A DNA stretch of 64,000 nt from an uncultured Acidimicrobiaceae bacterium (lineage in GTDB: Bacteria > Actinomycetota > Acidimicrobiia > Acidimicrobiales > RAAP-2), in NCBI GenBank assembly GCA_963836605.1, contig CAWIKB010000008.1, forward strand, positions 135,233-199,232. The letters are read 5' to 3'. A model generated the notes under the pieces. The model searched no databases, was not told the DNA's origin, and saw only the letters and a list, made by a program, of their open reading frames with translations. Shown in pieces: positions 46,235-55,809 of the stretch (its first letter is position 1; every line of letters begins with the position of its first letter). The position numbers were made by a program, and so were the translations under genes.

Positions 46235-47488
46235 GTGGGAGCCTGTCGCTTTGACGTCCTCGTTGCCGGCAGCGGCCCGGCCGGCAGCGTCGCCGCCCTT
46301 GTACTGGCGAAAGGCGGGGCGCGGGTGGCGTTGGTCGACAAAGCCACCTTCCCGCGCGACAAGGCGTGTGGCGATCTGGTCGGGCCTCGGGGACTCCAAC
46401 TGCTGGCCGACCTCGGTCTGGCGATGCCCCCCGGCCGCGAGGTCGGCGACATGCTGGTCGTCGGACCGACCGGCCGCCGGGTTCGCCTCCCCTCCGCCGA
46501 AGGCCTCACCTACCCCGGGCATGGGACGGCGGTGACGCGCCAGGTGTTCGACGCGTTGCTCCGCAACGCCGCGATCGACGCTGGAGCAACGGCTGTCGTG
46601 GCGCGGGCAGACGAACCACTGGAGGCGGGCGGACGCACTGACGGCTACCGATTGAGCACCGGACAAGAATTGCGGGCCGATTTCGTGATTGGTGCAGACG
46701 GCGCGACCAGCCGCGTCGCGGCGGCGGCCGGCCTGGTCGAGGAGAGCAGGGTCCTCTGGGGATTCGCCGTACGCACGTACCTGCCCCAGACAGTCGAGCT
46801 CCCCGCCATCGTCTTGTGGGAGCCGACGCCACGGCGCGCCTTTCCCGGATACGGCTGGGTGTTCCCGGGAATGGAAGGTGGTGCCAATGTCGGCCTCGGC
46901 GTCGGGACACTGTCGGACCGCAGGGCGGGCGCACATGCCCTCCGGGCGCTGCCGGAATTCCTCGCCCACCTGCGCGCCCTGCGACTTCTCGACTCGCCCT
47001 CGACACCGTCGCGTCGCCTCGGCGGCTGGCTCAAAATGGGCATGGTCGGGACGATCCCGGCGGCCGGCCGGGTGCTGCTCGTCGGCGACGCCGCCGGGCT
47101 GGTCAACCCGCTGCAAGGGGAGGGGATCTCCCAGGCCATGAGCAGCGGTCGGGCCGCCGCCGAAGCCGTCCTCAACGGACCGGGCCAGGTGGCCGCGCAC
47201 TATCGCGCCACCCTCGCGGCCGCCCACCTCCCGTATCATCGGATCACCGCAACCGTGCAGGCTGCGCTCGTCGGTCGACCCAGGGCCACCTCGGCGACAG
47301 CCCGCCTGCTCACCGTAGCCGGCCGAGGAAATGCGCTGGCTGGTGGTTGGGCCGTCTTCTGGAACGAACTGCTCGATGGCGCGCCACCCGGCCGCCACCG
47401 AACGATTGCATCTGCCGTCACCAGGGCCGGTGGCTCGTTGACCGCCCGCACGGCGACGGCTCAGTGGTTCGACGCCACCCTTGGCTAA
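46235..47488 (+). CDS. geranylgeranyl reductase family FAD-dependent oxidoreductase (MenJ-like)
   Basis: FAD fingerprint DVLVAGSGPAGSVAALVLAKGGARVALVDK, followed by FPRDKACGDLV, GADGATSRV and LVGDAAGLVNPLQGEGI. Confidence 0.85.
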   Translation: MGACRFDVLVAGSGPAGSVAALVLAKGGARVALVDKATFPRDKACGDLVGPRGLQLLADLGLAMPPGREVGDMLVVGPTGRRVRLPSAEGLTYPGHGTAVTRQVFDALLRNAAIDAGATAVVARADEPLEAGGRTDGYRLSTGQELRADFVIGADGATSRVAAAAGLVEESRVLWGFAVRTYLPQTVELPAIVLWEPTPRRAFPGYGWVFPGMEGGANVGLGVGTLSDRRAGAHALRALPEFLAHLRALRLLDSPSTPSRRLGGWLKMGMVGTIPAAGRVLLVGDAAGLVNPLQGEGISQAMSSGRAAAEAVLNGPGQVAAHYRATLAAAHLPYHRITATVQAALVGRPRATSATARLLTVAGRGNALAGGWAVFWNELLDGAPPGRHRTIASAVTRAGGSLTARTATAQWFDATLG

Positions 47489-48000
47489 CCGTCCTGCCGG
47501 GCGAGCGCATCGAGCACCGAACGGAGAAACCATTCCCGGATGGCGAAGAGCGGTCGATCGTCAACCAACAGCCGGTAGGCGCGGGACCAGACGATCTGGG
47601 AGGCGAACGCAGAAAAGGTGGTGCGGGCTTCTCCCCCGACCGGGTGGGGTGGGGGGAGCGATTCTCTGCCCAACTTCAACCCATGGGCCACCAGGACGCG
47701 GCCGATCGGATCGCTGGTCTCTTCCAGTCGCGCCCGTGTCTGCTGCGGCAGCCGTTCCGCGACGAACGTGGACTCTGCGTAGACATAGGCTCGGCCGGTG
47801 GTGTGCCCCTTCAGCACCGCCACACGCTGGGTCAGGGGCTGACCGGCCGGTATCGCGAGGCCGTCCTCCCCATTCGCGGGTACCGGGTACCGGCCGAGCA
47901 CGTCAGCGACAAGTGGTTCACCGGTGAGCTTCTCTATGAATTGGGTGACGGTGTCCGGACTCTCGAGGAGCGAGCGCTCCAGCTCCACCCGATCATTCAC
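47485..48000 (-). CDS. chorismate lyase-like (UbiC/DUF98, UTRA fold) protein
   Basis: TQFIEKLTGEPLVADVL...QRVAVLKGHTTGRAYVYAESTFVAERLP...PIGRVL...SRAYRLLVDDRPLFAIREWF fits the chorismate-pyruvate lyase family pattern. Confidence 0.65.
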   Translation of the reverse strand: MNDRVELERSLLESPDTVTQFIEKLTGEPLVADVLGRYPVPANGEDGLAIPAGQPLTQRVAVLKGHTTGRAYVYAESTFVAERLPQQTRARLEETSDPIGRVLVAHGLKLGRESLPPPHPVGGEARTTFSAFASQIVWSRAYRLLVDDRPLFAIREWFLRSVLDALARQDG

Positions 48001-48518
48001 GGAACGACATCACCGTGCAATTCAACCCGCACGGCTACTTCGGGGTACACCTTCAGCATGAGCATGCTCGGTGGCTTCATGTCGAATTCCCGGATGTCGA
48101 AGACGTAGTCGCCCCGCAACTCGATGGTGGACAGGTCGTGGACCTCGATCGCCATGTCGTGCTCGAAATTCCGGGTGTGGCCGTGGAAGGAGAGGTCTCC
48201 CCCCACCATGAAGCGGCCGCTCGACTCGGTCGCGCCGAAGCTGGTGATCCGCCCGGTGATGGTCGGAAACCGTCGCGCGTCGATTCGTCGTTTCAGCTCC
48301 CGGTCATAGAGCGCGTTCCCCGACGTGAGGCGATCCACCGACAACGCAAGCTCCCCGAAGACGGGGAACGAGAGATCGACGCTCCCATCGGCCCGCAACG
48401 TGACTTCCACCCAACCTTCGAGGCCCCGCGTCTCGGTACGGATCGGGTGCAAGTTGGAGCGCGCGTCCACCCAGACACACGATCGGGTTGCATCGAGGCT
48501 GAATCGAAGCGGTGGCAT
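47997..48518 (-). CDS. YceI family (polyisoprenoid-binding) protein
   Basis: ...DRLTSGNALYDRELKRRIDARRFPTITGRITS...GDLSFHGHTRNFEHDMAIEV.... ATG 48518 is preceded by gggagaagg. ATGA overlap with the downstream UbiC-like gene. Confidence 0.75.
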   Translation of the reverse strand: MPPLRFSLDATRSCVWVDARSNLHPIRTETRGLEGWVEVTLRADGSVDLSFPVFGELALSVDRLTSGNALYDRELKRRIDARRFPTITGRITSFGATESSGRFMVGGDLSFHGHTRNFEHDMAIEVHDLSTIELRGDYVFDIREFDMKPPSMLMLKVYPEVAVRVELHGDVVP

Positions 48519-48600
48519 TGCGGTCCTTCTCCCTGGCGGGTCGGGCGACTGCGTGCCCACACCATAAGCGCCGGGCATGTCCGGGGCATAAGGTCATGGG

Positions 48601-49083
48601 ATGTCACGACTCGACATTCCCCAAGGCGAGGGCGGCGACGCGGTACAGCTGTGGTCGCTCCGGCCCGAGATGGGAGTGGCGGTCAACCGTTTGGTGGACG
48701 CCGCCTACAACAAGAGCATCCTTCCGGTGCGGGTGCGCGAGGCGGCGCGTCTGCGGATCGCCCAGCTCAACGAGTGCACGGTCTGTCTGGCCTTCCGAGC
48801 CGACACGGTCAGGGCACAGGGGTTGACCGAGGACTTCTACGGGCACGTCGGCGCCCCTGGCGGTGGTGCCGGCTTCAGCGAGCAGGAGCGGCTTGCCATC
48901 GAGTATGCCGAGCGGTTCGCGCTCGATCACATCGGCATCGACGATGCCTTCATTGACCGGATGAGGTCGTGCTTCACCGATCCGGAAATCCTCGATCTCA
49001 CCATTTGCCTGTCGGCCTTTCTCGGTTTGGGCCGGACGTTGCGCGTTCTCGGCATCACCGAGACCTCGCTCACCGACGTGTAG
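48601..49083 (+). CDS. carboxymuconolactone decarboxylase (AhpD-like) family protein
   Basis: LPVRVREAARLRIAQLNECTVCLAFR (CxxC) ...EQERLAIEYAERFALDH...ILDLTICLSAFLGLGR. Confidence 0.78.
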   Translation: MSRLDIPQGEGGDAVQLWSLRPEMGVAVNRLVDAAYNKSILPVRVREAARLRIAQLNECTVCLAFRADTVRAQGLTEDFYGHVGAPGGGAGFSEQERLAIEYAERFALDHIGIDDAFIDRMRSCFTDPEILDLTICLSAFLGLGRTLRVLGITETSLTDV

Positions 49084-49089
49084 GACGCG

Positions 49090-49935
49090 TCAGGGAGTCG
49101 GTCGCTCCGGGGTTTCGAAGGCGGCGTCGCGTTCGCGAACGGCGTCGCGGAGTCCGATCTCGCCGATCCGGTCCGAGAAGGCAAGCGCCTCTGGTGCCCG
49201 ATGCCCGATGGCGTCGTTGAGGGCGGCAAATTTCTGGAGCTGCGATCGGCCCATGAGCTCGACGCCCATGTTGACGACCCGCTTGTTCGCGACGAGAAGG
49301 TCGCGTCCGATGAGCGCCATGCGGGAGGCCATCTCGAGAACGACGTCATCGAGAGAGTCCGGCGGGGCGGTGGCGACGACCAGGCCGATCGCTTCGGCCT
49401 GACGTCCGGTCAGGGTGTCGCCCGTGAGCAGGAGTCGCTTCGTCCACTGCGGACCCAGGTGGTAGAGCCACATGTTGGTGGGCGGGACGCCCATGGAGCG
49501 CACCGGCGGAAAGCCGATGCGCGCGTCCTCGGCGGCCACGACCAGATCACACTGCAGCGCCAGATCGGTTCCTCCGGCCAGGCAGTTCCCCTGCACCTGG
49601 GCGATCACCGGAAGGGCGCAATCCCACACTCTGGTCCAACCCGATGCCAGCTCGAGCATGGCGGTCACGTCATCTTCGATGGCGCCGTGCGGCGCGAAGT
49701 CGCCCGGTTCAACGTCGTCAGCGATATAGCCGTACCCGGAGGAGAACGAGCGACCGGTGCTGCGGATGATCACGACGCGGACCGCCTGGTCGATTTCGGC
49801 CGCGGCAACGGCCTGCAGTATCTCGCGGACGCAGCGCGGCGTCAGGGGATTGTGCTGGTCCGGACGATTGAGGGTCAGACGGCGGACGTAGCCAATCTGC
49901 TCCACGGTGACGGTGGCGAAATCCGGCGTCATCAC
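49090..49935 (-). CDS. enoyl-CoA hydratase/isomerase (crotonase) family protein
   Basis: VRRLTLNRPDQHNPL...VRVVIIRSTGRSFSSGYG...PVIAQVQGNCLAGGTDLALQCDLVVAAEDARIGFP. Confidence 0.88.
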   Translation of the reverse strand: MMTPDFATVTVEQIGYVRRLTLNRPDQHNPLTPRCVREILQAVAAAEIDQAVRVVIIRSTGRSFSSGYGYIADDVEPGDFAPHGAIEDDVTAMLELASGWTRVWDCALPVIAQVQGNCLAGGTDLALQCDLVVAAEDARIGFPPVRSMGVPPTNMWLYHLGPQWTKRLLLTGDTLTGRQAEAIGLVVATAPPDSLDDVVLEMASRMALIGRDLLVANKRVVNMGVELMGRSQLQKFAALNDAIGHRAPEALAFSDRIGEIGLRDAVRERDAAFETPERPTP

Positions 49936-51440
49936 ACACTCCTCGCTGCCTCATCGGACACCAATGGGGCCTTCAGCACCTTGCCGGCCTGGTTGCGCGG
50001 CAGGGCGTCGACAAAGGTAATGCGGCGCGGCACTTTGTAGGCCGCCAATCGATCGAGCAGGAAGGCCCGGATCTCGTCAACCGACGGCACCCGACCGGGG
50101 CCGATGACCAGCCACGCGGCCACATCCTCCCCGAGTACGGGGTGGGGGACGCCGGCCACGGCGGCGTCGAGCACATCTGGATGTTCGAAGAGGACATTCT
50201 CCACCTCGCCGGGAACGATGTTGTGCCCACCCCGAATGATGATCTCCTTCTGCCGTCCGACGATCCAGAGGAAGCCGTCGCGATCGACGTAGCCGAGATC
50301 GCCGCTGTGCAACCAGCCCATGCGCCACGTCCGCGCGGTGGCGTCCGGGTCATGGAAGTAGGACCGTTGATGCCCCGCACCCCTGACGGTGATCTGCCCC
50401 ACGTGGCCGACCGGCACCTCCCCCCCGTCGGCGTCGATGATCCGTACGACCACTCCGGGCAGGGGTCTGCCGACCGATCCGCTGTGCCGCCCCCCATCGC
50501 CGGGGAGCGTGGCGGTCACCGCACCGAATTCGGTCATACCGTAGCCACACATGACTTCGGCGCCGGGGAGCGCGTGCCCGAATCGACGCAGGGTCTCCGC
50601 GGCGATGGGCGCGCTCCCAATGTTGAGGACGGCCAGGCTCGAGAGATCCGCTGCGTCGAAGTGAGGCTGGGCCACGAGCAACTGCACCATCGCAGGGACC
50701 AGGAAGCCGGCGACCGGTCTCGACGTCGCCACGACCTCTATCCAGCGCGCCGCGTCGAAGCGCGGGAGGAACCACCCGCTCAATCCGCCGCGCATCGGCC
50801 CGCAGATCAAGAGCGAGCCGCTCGTGGTGGTGAAGGGTGAGGACGTGATGAAGCCGAGACCGTGCCACGCCGTCGGGACCCGGTCCGTCGAGGAAAGTCC
50901 GCTGTGGCGCACCACGACCCCCTTGGGGGCACCCGTCGTGCCCGAGGTGTACATGATGTCGGCTTCGTCGTCTTCGCTCAGCCGGTGGCCGACGTCGGAC
51001 CCATCGGCGTCGAGGAGGTCGGACCAGGGCGGCGCGGCATGTCCCGGCGCCCCCACGACGGCGGTGATGTCGATGCCCGGGCCCACGGCCGGAAGGGAAT
51101 CCAGCACAGAGCTGCTGGCGAGGAGCCCCTTGACGAGAGCGTGGCGGAGGATGCCCACGATCTCGGCTCCGCTGAGGCGGGTGTTGAGGGGCACGGCCAC
51201 GGCTCCCGACTTGTGGACCGCCATGTACGAGATGAGCCATTCGAAGGGCCGCTCTTCGGTGATGGCCAGGGCCACCCGTTCCCCCGGGGACAGACCCCGA
51301 AGACGCAAGCCCCGGGCCAGCCGGTTCGATGCGGAGTGCCACCGTCCCAGGCTGAGCTCACCGCCGTCGTCCAGGTTCTTCCAGGCCACGGCGTCCGGGA
51401 ACCTTCCCGCCAGATGGGACAGCAGATCCGGTTGGAGCAC
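49932..51440 (-). CDS. AMP-dependent synthetase/ligase (fatty-acid-CoA ligase FadD-like)
   Basis: IMYTSGTTGAPKGVVVRH, YGMTEF, WLHSGDLGYVDRDGFLWIVGRQKEIIIRGGHNIVPGEVE, and the C-terminal KVPRRITFVDALPRNQAGKVLK. ATGA overlap with the crotonase gene. Confidence 0.9.
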   Translation of the reverse strand: MLQPDLLSHLAGRFPDAVAWKNLDDGGELSLGRWHSASNRLARGLRLRGLSPGERVALAITEERPFEWLISYMAVHKSGAVAVPLNTRLSGAEIVGILRHALVKGLLASSSVLDSLPAVGPGIDITAVVGAPGHAAPPWSDLLDADGSDVGHRLSEDDEADIMYTSGTTGAPKGVVVRHSGLSSTDRVPTAWHGLGFITSSPFTTTSGSLLICGPMRGGLSGWFLPRFDAARWIEVVATSRPVAGFLVPAMVQLLVAQPHFDAADLSSLAVLNIGSAPIAAETLRRFGHALPGAEVMCGYGMTEFGAVTATLPGDGGRHSGSVGRPLPGVVVRIIDADGGEVPVGHVGQITVRGAGHQRSYFHDPDATARTWRMGWLHSGDLGYVDRDGFLWIVGRQKEIIIRGGHNIVPGEVENVLFEHPDVLDAAVAGVPHPVLGEDVAAWLVIGPGRVPSVDEIRAFLLDRLAAYKVPRRITFVDALPRNQAGKVLKAPLVSDEAARSV

Positions 51441-51469
51441 GGCTCGTCGGTTGGGTACGTGCGCTCCGA

Positions 51470-52441
51470 CTAGTACGGAGCGCCGCCTTCGAGGATGGTC
51501 CGCGGATTGTCGACCATCATGGTGCGAACGTCCGCGTCGCTGATACCCCGGGTCCGCATGACCGGAAGGACATCATTGGGGATGTGGGTCCACCGCCAGT
51601 CCGGGGCGGCCGCCGCCAGTGAGCGGGGGAACCAGTCGACGAAGCACATGGCATCGTGCGACAGGACGATGCGCTGGGCGTAGCCCCTCTCGCACAGCCG
51701 CGCCACCGCGTCGACACGCTCGTCAAGCGTGAACCCCATCAATCCGAAATGATCGAAGCCCAGGAAGGATCCGTTCTCGATGAGCTCGAGGTGGTAGTCG
51801 GTGTTGAGGGTTCCACCACAGTGCCCGATCACCACCCGTGTCAGGTCCACTCCTTCCTCCTTGAAGATCCGCTGTTGGTGCAGTCCCCAGGGTTCAGGGG
51901 GCGTGGGCGTATGGGTGGTGATGGGCACACCGGTGGCCCGGTGGGCCCGGGCGACGGCCCGGAGCACGCGTTCGACGCCGGGGGTGATGCCCGGGCGATC
52001 TGATGCGCACTTGAGGATGCCCGCCTTCACGCCGGTTTCGGCCACGCCCTCACGGATCTCGCGGATGAACACCTCCACCATCGGCTCGGGCCCGCCCATG
52101 ACCGTTCCCGGCCCCCGAAAGTGGAAGTACATCGGGACGTCGTTGTACGTGTACACCCCCGCGGCAATCACGATGTTGATCTCGGGTACCAGCTCGGCTA
52201 TCGCCTTCACGCGAGGTACGTAGCGCCCCAATCCGATCACCGTCAGGTCGACGAGGGTGTCGATCCCCTGTTGCTTGAGCTCGCGCAGTTTGTGTACGGC
52301 GCGAGCCTGTTCTGCCGCCTCATCCCACTCTTCTGTCGTCTTCTCGATGTCGGGACTCAACACGAAGATGTGCTCGTGCATGAGCGTGGATCCGAGAGAA
52401 GACCCCTCGATCGGGCCTTGCACGGTGTTGACCTGGGACAT
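51470..52441 (-). CDS. phosphotriesterase-related (PTE/amidohydrolase superfamily) protein
   Basis: MSQVNTVQGPIEGSSLGSTLMHEHIF (HxH metal motif)...GILKCASD...ITTHT...VIGHCG...LSHD. ATG 52441 with RBS gagaggag. The longer ORF extension was discarded. Confidence 0.82.
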   Translation of the reverse strand: MSQVNTVQGPIEGSSLGSTLMHEHIFVLSPDIEKTTEEWDEAAEQARAVHKLRELKQQGIDTLVDLTVIGLGRYVPRVKAIAELVPEINIVIAAGVYTYNDVPMYFHFRGPGTVMGGPEPMVEVFIREIREGVAETGVKAGILKCASDRPGITPGVERVLRAVARAHRATGVPITTHTPTPPEPWGLHQQRIFKEEGVDLTRVVIGHCGGTLNTDYHLELIENGSFLGFDHFGLMGFTLDERVDAVARLCERGYAQRIVLSHDAMCFVDWFPRSLAAAAPDWRWTHIPNDVLPVMRTRGISDADVRTMMVDNPRTILEGGAPY

Positions 52442-52624
52442 CGCACTCCTCTCGACTGTCCAATGCAAATCCCTCGGCAGCGCGGGCGAGCGTAGCGGGG
52501 GACCGGTGGTCATGCTGAGAACGCTCCTGGTGCAAGGTCTCAGCAGGGTCACAGCGGATTGTGCGCGTGGGCCGAAGCGGAGATGTTGGGATGGCGGCGT
52601 TCCCGAGAGCAAAGGCCAACGATC

Positions 52625-52966
52625 ATGCAGCGTCCCCGTGAGCAGCCCTCTCCGGAGGCTCGATCCCGCGCCACTGTGCGCCTGCGGCGCGTGACCCGCT
52701 CCGTGGCGATCCTCGCCACGGGGGCCACGGCGCTCATCGGCGTCGTCGTGGCGAAAGAACACCCGGGCGCCGGCAGCACGTCCACTCGGAGCAAGCCCAG
52801 TGCGTCGGCTTCCACGCCGGCCACCACAACGACGACGCCGCCTGCGTCCTCTCCGAGCACGGGGTCGTCGTCGAGCACGGGGTCGTCGAGCTCGTCGACG
52901 GGGGCCTCCGCACCGACCACCACGACGACGGCTCCAACCGTCACCTCGGGGGGCACATCGTCATGA
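52625..52966 (+). CDS. small membrane-anchored S/T/P-rich protein (first gene of the ApbE operon)
   Basis: A basic N-terminus and a TM helix (SVAILATGATALIGVVVA) are followed by a ~75-aa Ser/Thr/Pro low-complexity tail. The tail contains STGAS and TSGGTS. The stop overlaps the apbE ATG (ATGA). The start is uncertain (ATG 52625). Confidence 0.5.
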   Translation: MQRPREQPSPEARSRATVRLRRVTRSVAILATGATALIGVVVAKEHPGAGSTSTRSKPSASASTPATTTTTPPASSPSTGSSSSTGSSSSSTGASAPTTTTTAPTVTSGGTSS

Positions 52967-53916
52967 CCCGCACGACGGAACTTCCCGGTACCGAGCCTCT
53001 CGTCGTCCGCACGTGGCCGGCCATCGGCACCCAGGCCACCGTGGTGGTGCAGCACCCGGACCACGGCGATGCGGCCGAGCGGCTCCTGCGGGGCGAGATC
53101 GGCGCATTCGACCGCGCCTGCAGCCGCTTCCGGAGGGACTCGGAGTTGGAGATGGTGCACGCCCATGCCGGCCAGTCCGTGCACGTCAGCGCACTACTGT
53201 TCGAGGCGCTCGAGGTGGCCTGCGCGGTGGCACGGCGGACGGACGGCGCGGTTGATCCGACCGTCGGCAACGCCATCGAGGCCCTGGGCTACGACCGGGA
53301 TCTGCGTGAGGTCGTGCGCCGGCCTCGGTCTGCCCTGCTCGAACAGGAACCGGTGGTCGGTTTCACCCACGTCCACCTCAACCGCCCCGGGCGCACCGTC
53401 CGTATTCCACGTGGCGTCAAGCTCGATCTCGGGTCCTCGGCCAAGGCGCTGATCGCGGATCACGCCGCGGCGCGGATTGCCGATGCGGTCGGCGCCGGTG
53501 TGCTCGTCAGCATCGGCGGCGACGTCGCGGTTGCGGGCGCACCGCCCGACGAAGGCTGGGCCGTTGGTATCGCCACGTCCTCGGCCACGCCGGCCGAACG
53601 GGTGGACCAGGTGGTGGCCATTCGCCACGGCGGCCTGGCCAGTTCCAGCACGTCCGTGCGGACCTGGACGGCGGGGAATCGGCAAGTCCACCACATTGTC
53701 GACCCGAGGACCGGGGACTGCGTCCCACCGCACTGGACCCTCGTCTCGGCCACCGGAGCCGACTGCGTCGAAGCCAATGCCATCTCCACGGCCGCGTTGG
53801 TCTGGGGAGACCACGCGTTGCGGCACCTGCGGTCCTTCGATCAGGCCGTCCGCCTGGTCCGTCACGACGGCCGGGTCTTCTCGCTCAACGGGTGGCCGGA
53901 GGAAAAAGCGGCATGA
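52963..53916 (+). CDS. apbE: FAD:protein FMN transferase (ApbE family)
   Basis: MGT-type start region ...WPAIGTQATVVV..., FDRACSRFRRDSELEMV, AVDPTVGNAIEALGYD, DLGSSAKALIAD, GGDVAVAG, HHIVDPRTG, and ATGADCVEANAISTAALV. Confidence 0.88.
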   Translation: MTRTTELPGTEPLVVRTWPAIGTQATVVVQHPDHGDAAERLLRGEIGAFDRACSRFRRDSELEMVHAHAGQSVHVSALLFEALEVACAVARRTDGAVDPTVGNAIEALGYDRDLREVVRRPRSALLEQEPVVGFTHVHLNRPGRTVRIPRGVKLDLGSSAKALIADHAAARIADAVGAGVLVSIGGDVAVAGAPPDEGWAVGIATSSATPAERVDQVVAIRHGGLASSSTSVRTWTAGNRQVHHIVDPRTGDCVPPHWTLVSATGADCVEANAISTAALVWGDHALRHLRSFDQAVRLVRHDGRVFSLNGWPEEKAA

Positions 53917-54533
53917 GTTCGACCACCCTTTGGTATACGACCCGGGCTACCGGCATCGTGGCCTTGGTGCTCTTCACGGCGACCATGGTGATGGGTATCG
54001 CCACGACGAATCGCGTCAAAGCTCGCTGGTGGCCCGGCTTCGCCCAGCAGGAAATGCACCGCCGCATCTCCTTGATGGCGGTGGTGTTCCTCGGGATCCA
54101 CGTCCTGACGAGCGTGCTCGATACCTACGTGTCCATCGGTTGGGCTTCCGTGCTGGTGCCCTTCACCTCTTCCTACAACCGCTTCTGGGTCGCCATGGGG
54201 ACGGTCAGCCTCGATCTCATGCTGGCCGTGCTGGTCTCGAGTCTGCTCCGGGCCCGCATGAGGCCGGGGATCTGGCGCGGCGTGCACTGGGTCGCCTACC
54301 TCTCCTGGCCGATCGCACTGGCCCACACCTTCGGGACCGGGTCGGACTCGGGGGAACCCTGGCTCGTCGTCCTCTGTGCCGTGTGTGTCATCTCCGTCGG
54401 CGGAGCGCTCCTCTGGCGTTTCCGGGTGGGGGCGCACCAGAAGCGGAGCGCCGCCGCAGCCGTCGTCGCGGTCCTCCCGCAGACGCACCTCGCCCGCCGC
54501 GGACCGGTCGAAGGAATCCCTCGTGACACCTGA
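53913..54533 (+). CDS. ferric reductase-like transmembrane domain protein (MsrQ/YedZ-like di-haem b-type module)
   Basis: Five to six TM helices with conserved His residues (EMHRRISLMAVVFLGIHVL, VHWVAYLSWPIALAHTF). ATGA overlap with apbE. Confidence 0.75.
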   Translation: MSSTTLWYTTRATGIVALVLFTATMVMGIATTNRVKARWWPGFAQQEMHRRISLMAVVFLGIHVLTSVLDTYVSIGWASVLVPFTSSYNRFWVAMGTVSLDLMLAVLVSSLLRARMRPGIWRGVHWVAYLSWPIALAHTFGTGSDSGEPWLVVLCAVCVISVGGALLWRFRVGAHQKRSAAAAVVAVLPQTHLARRGPVEGIPRDT

Positions 54534-55809
54534 CGTGGGAGAGATGCGACGCGAGACCGATCGCTACAGCCTGCTCGGTCACCCATCCGATCTGGCCGGC
54601 CACCGGCGCACCCTCGGTCCCCTGCCCATCCCCGCGGTTTTCGACCCGTCCTGGTCCGTTGCTCTGGTGACCGCCCTCGAGACCTCCGGCCTGACCGGGC
54701 GGGGCGGGGCCGCCTTCCCCTCGTCGCGCAAGCTGGCTGCGGCCCACGCCGACCGCCGAGACGGCGTCATCGTCGTCAACGGCATGGAGGGTGAACCCGC
54801 GAGTGACAAGGACAAGGTCCTGCTCACCAGGACGCCGCATCTGGTCCTCGACGGCGCCCAGGTGCTCGCCGCGGCCGGTGGCGCCAGCCGCATCGTGGTG
54901 TGCGTCCCGGCCGGTCACGACCAGGTCGCGGCCGCCGTGGTCCACGCCATGGCCGAGCGCGCCGCCCTGGGGTATGCCCCCCTCTCCGAGGAGCTCGTCC
55001 GACCCCCGGATCGATTCGTTGCCGGCGAGGAGTCGGCCCTGGTGCGCTGGATCGACGAGGGGCGTGCACTCCCTTCGTTCCGGCCCGACAAGGGCGTGCG
55101 GCTTCGAATCGGCACACGCTCGGCCCTGGTGCACAACGCCGAGACCCTGGCCCACGTGGCCGTGATCGCACGACACGGACCCCAGGTGTTTCGTGCCCGC
55201 GGCATGCCCGAAGAACCGGGCACCTCATTGGTGACCATTTCCGGCGCGGTGGCCTGCGCCGGCGTGGTCGAGATCGATCGCGGCACCCCGTTGCGGGACA
55301 TCGTCGCCCGGGCCACGCCAACCGACGACATCGCGGCCATGCTGGTCGGTGGCTATGGCGGCGCATGGGTGGGTCCCCAACATTTCGAGACTCCGTATGC
55401 CTCCATGCCCCTTCGTACCATCGGGGCGTCAGCGGGCGTGGGCATCATCGCCGTCCTGGGTTCGCCCGCTTGCGGCGTTGCCGAGACGGCGCGCCTGGCG
55501 CACTATGCGGCCTGGCAGAGCTCCGGCCAATGTGGACCTTGCGTGTTCGGCCTGCCGGCCCTGGCTGATGATCTCTCCCGTCTCTCGCAAGGGCGAACGG
55601 ACCCGACGCTGATGGCCCGTCTGGTGCGGCGACTCGGTGAAATCGACGGCCGGGGAGGGTGTCGCCATCCCGACGGCGCCGTCGGAATGATCCGCAGCGC
55701 GCTCGACGTCTTTGCCGCCGATGTGGCCGCCCACGGGCGCGGGGAGCCCTGCGCCCATGTGACCCGGCCAACCCAGCTCCGGTTCCCCGACCTGATGGGC
55801 CCCCGGTGA
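54523..55809 (+). CDS. NuoF-like (NADH dehydrogenase subunit F / RnfC-type) FMN and 4Fe-4S protein
   Basis: GLTGRGGAAFPSSRKL (FMN/NADH site), VVNGMEGEPASDKDKVLL, FVAGEESALV, an SLBB-like region and the cluster motif SSGQCGPCVFG...GGCRHPDG. The start is uncertain (GTG 54523/54535 or ATG 54544). Confidence 0.8.
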   Translation: MTPDVGEMRRETDRYSLLGHPSDLAGHRRTLGPLPIPAVFDPSWSVALVTALETSGLTGRGGAAFPSSRKLAAAHADRRDGVIVVNGMEGEPASDKDKVLLTRTPHLVLDGAQVLAAAGGASRIVVCVPAGHDQVAAAVVHAMAERAALGYAPLSEELVRPPDRFVAGEESALVRWIDEGRALPSFRPDKGVRLRIGTRSALVHNAETLAHVAVIARHGPQVFRARGMPEEPGTSLVTISGAVACAGVVEIDRGTPLRDIVARATPTDDIAAMLVGGYGGAWVGPQHFETPYASMPLRTIGASAGVGIIAVLGSPACGVAETARLAHYAAWQSSGQCGPCVFGLPALADDLSRLSQGRTDPTLMARLVRRLGEIDGRGGCRHPDGAVGMIRSALDVFAADVAAHGRGEPCAHVTRPTQLRFPDLMGPR

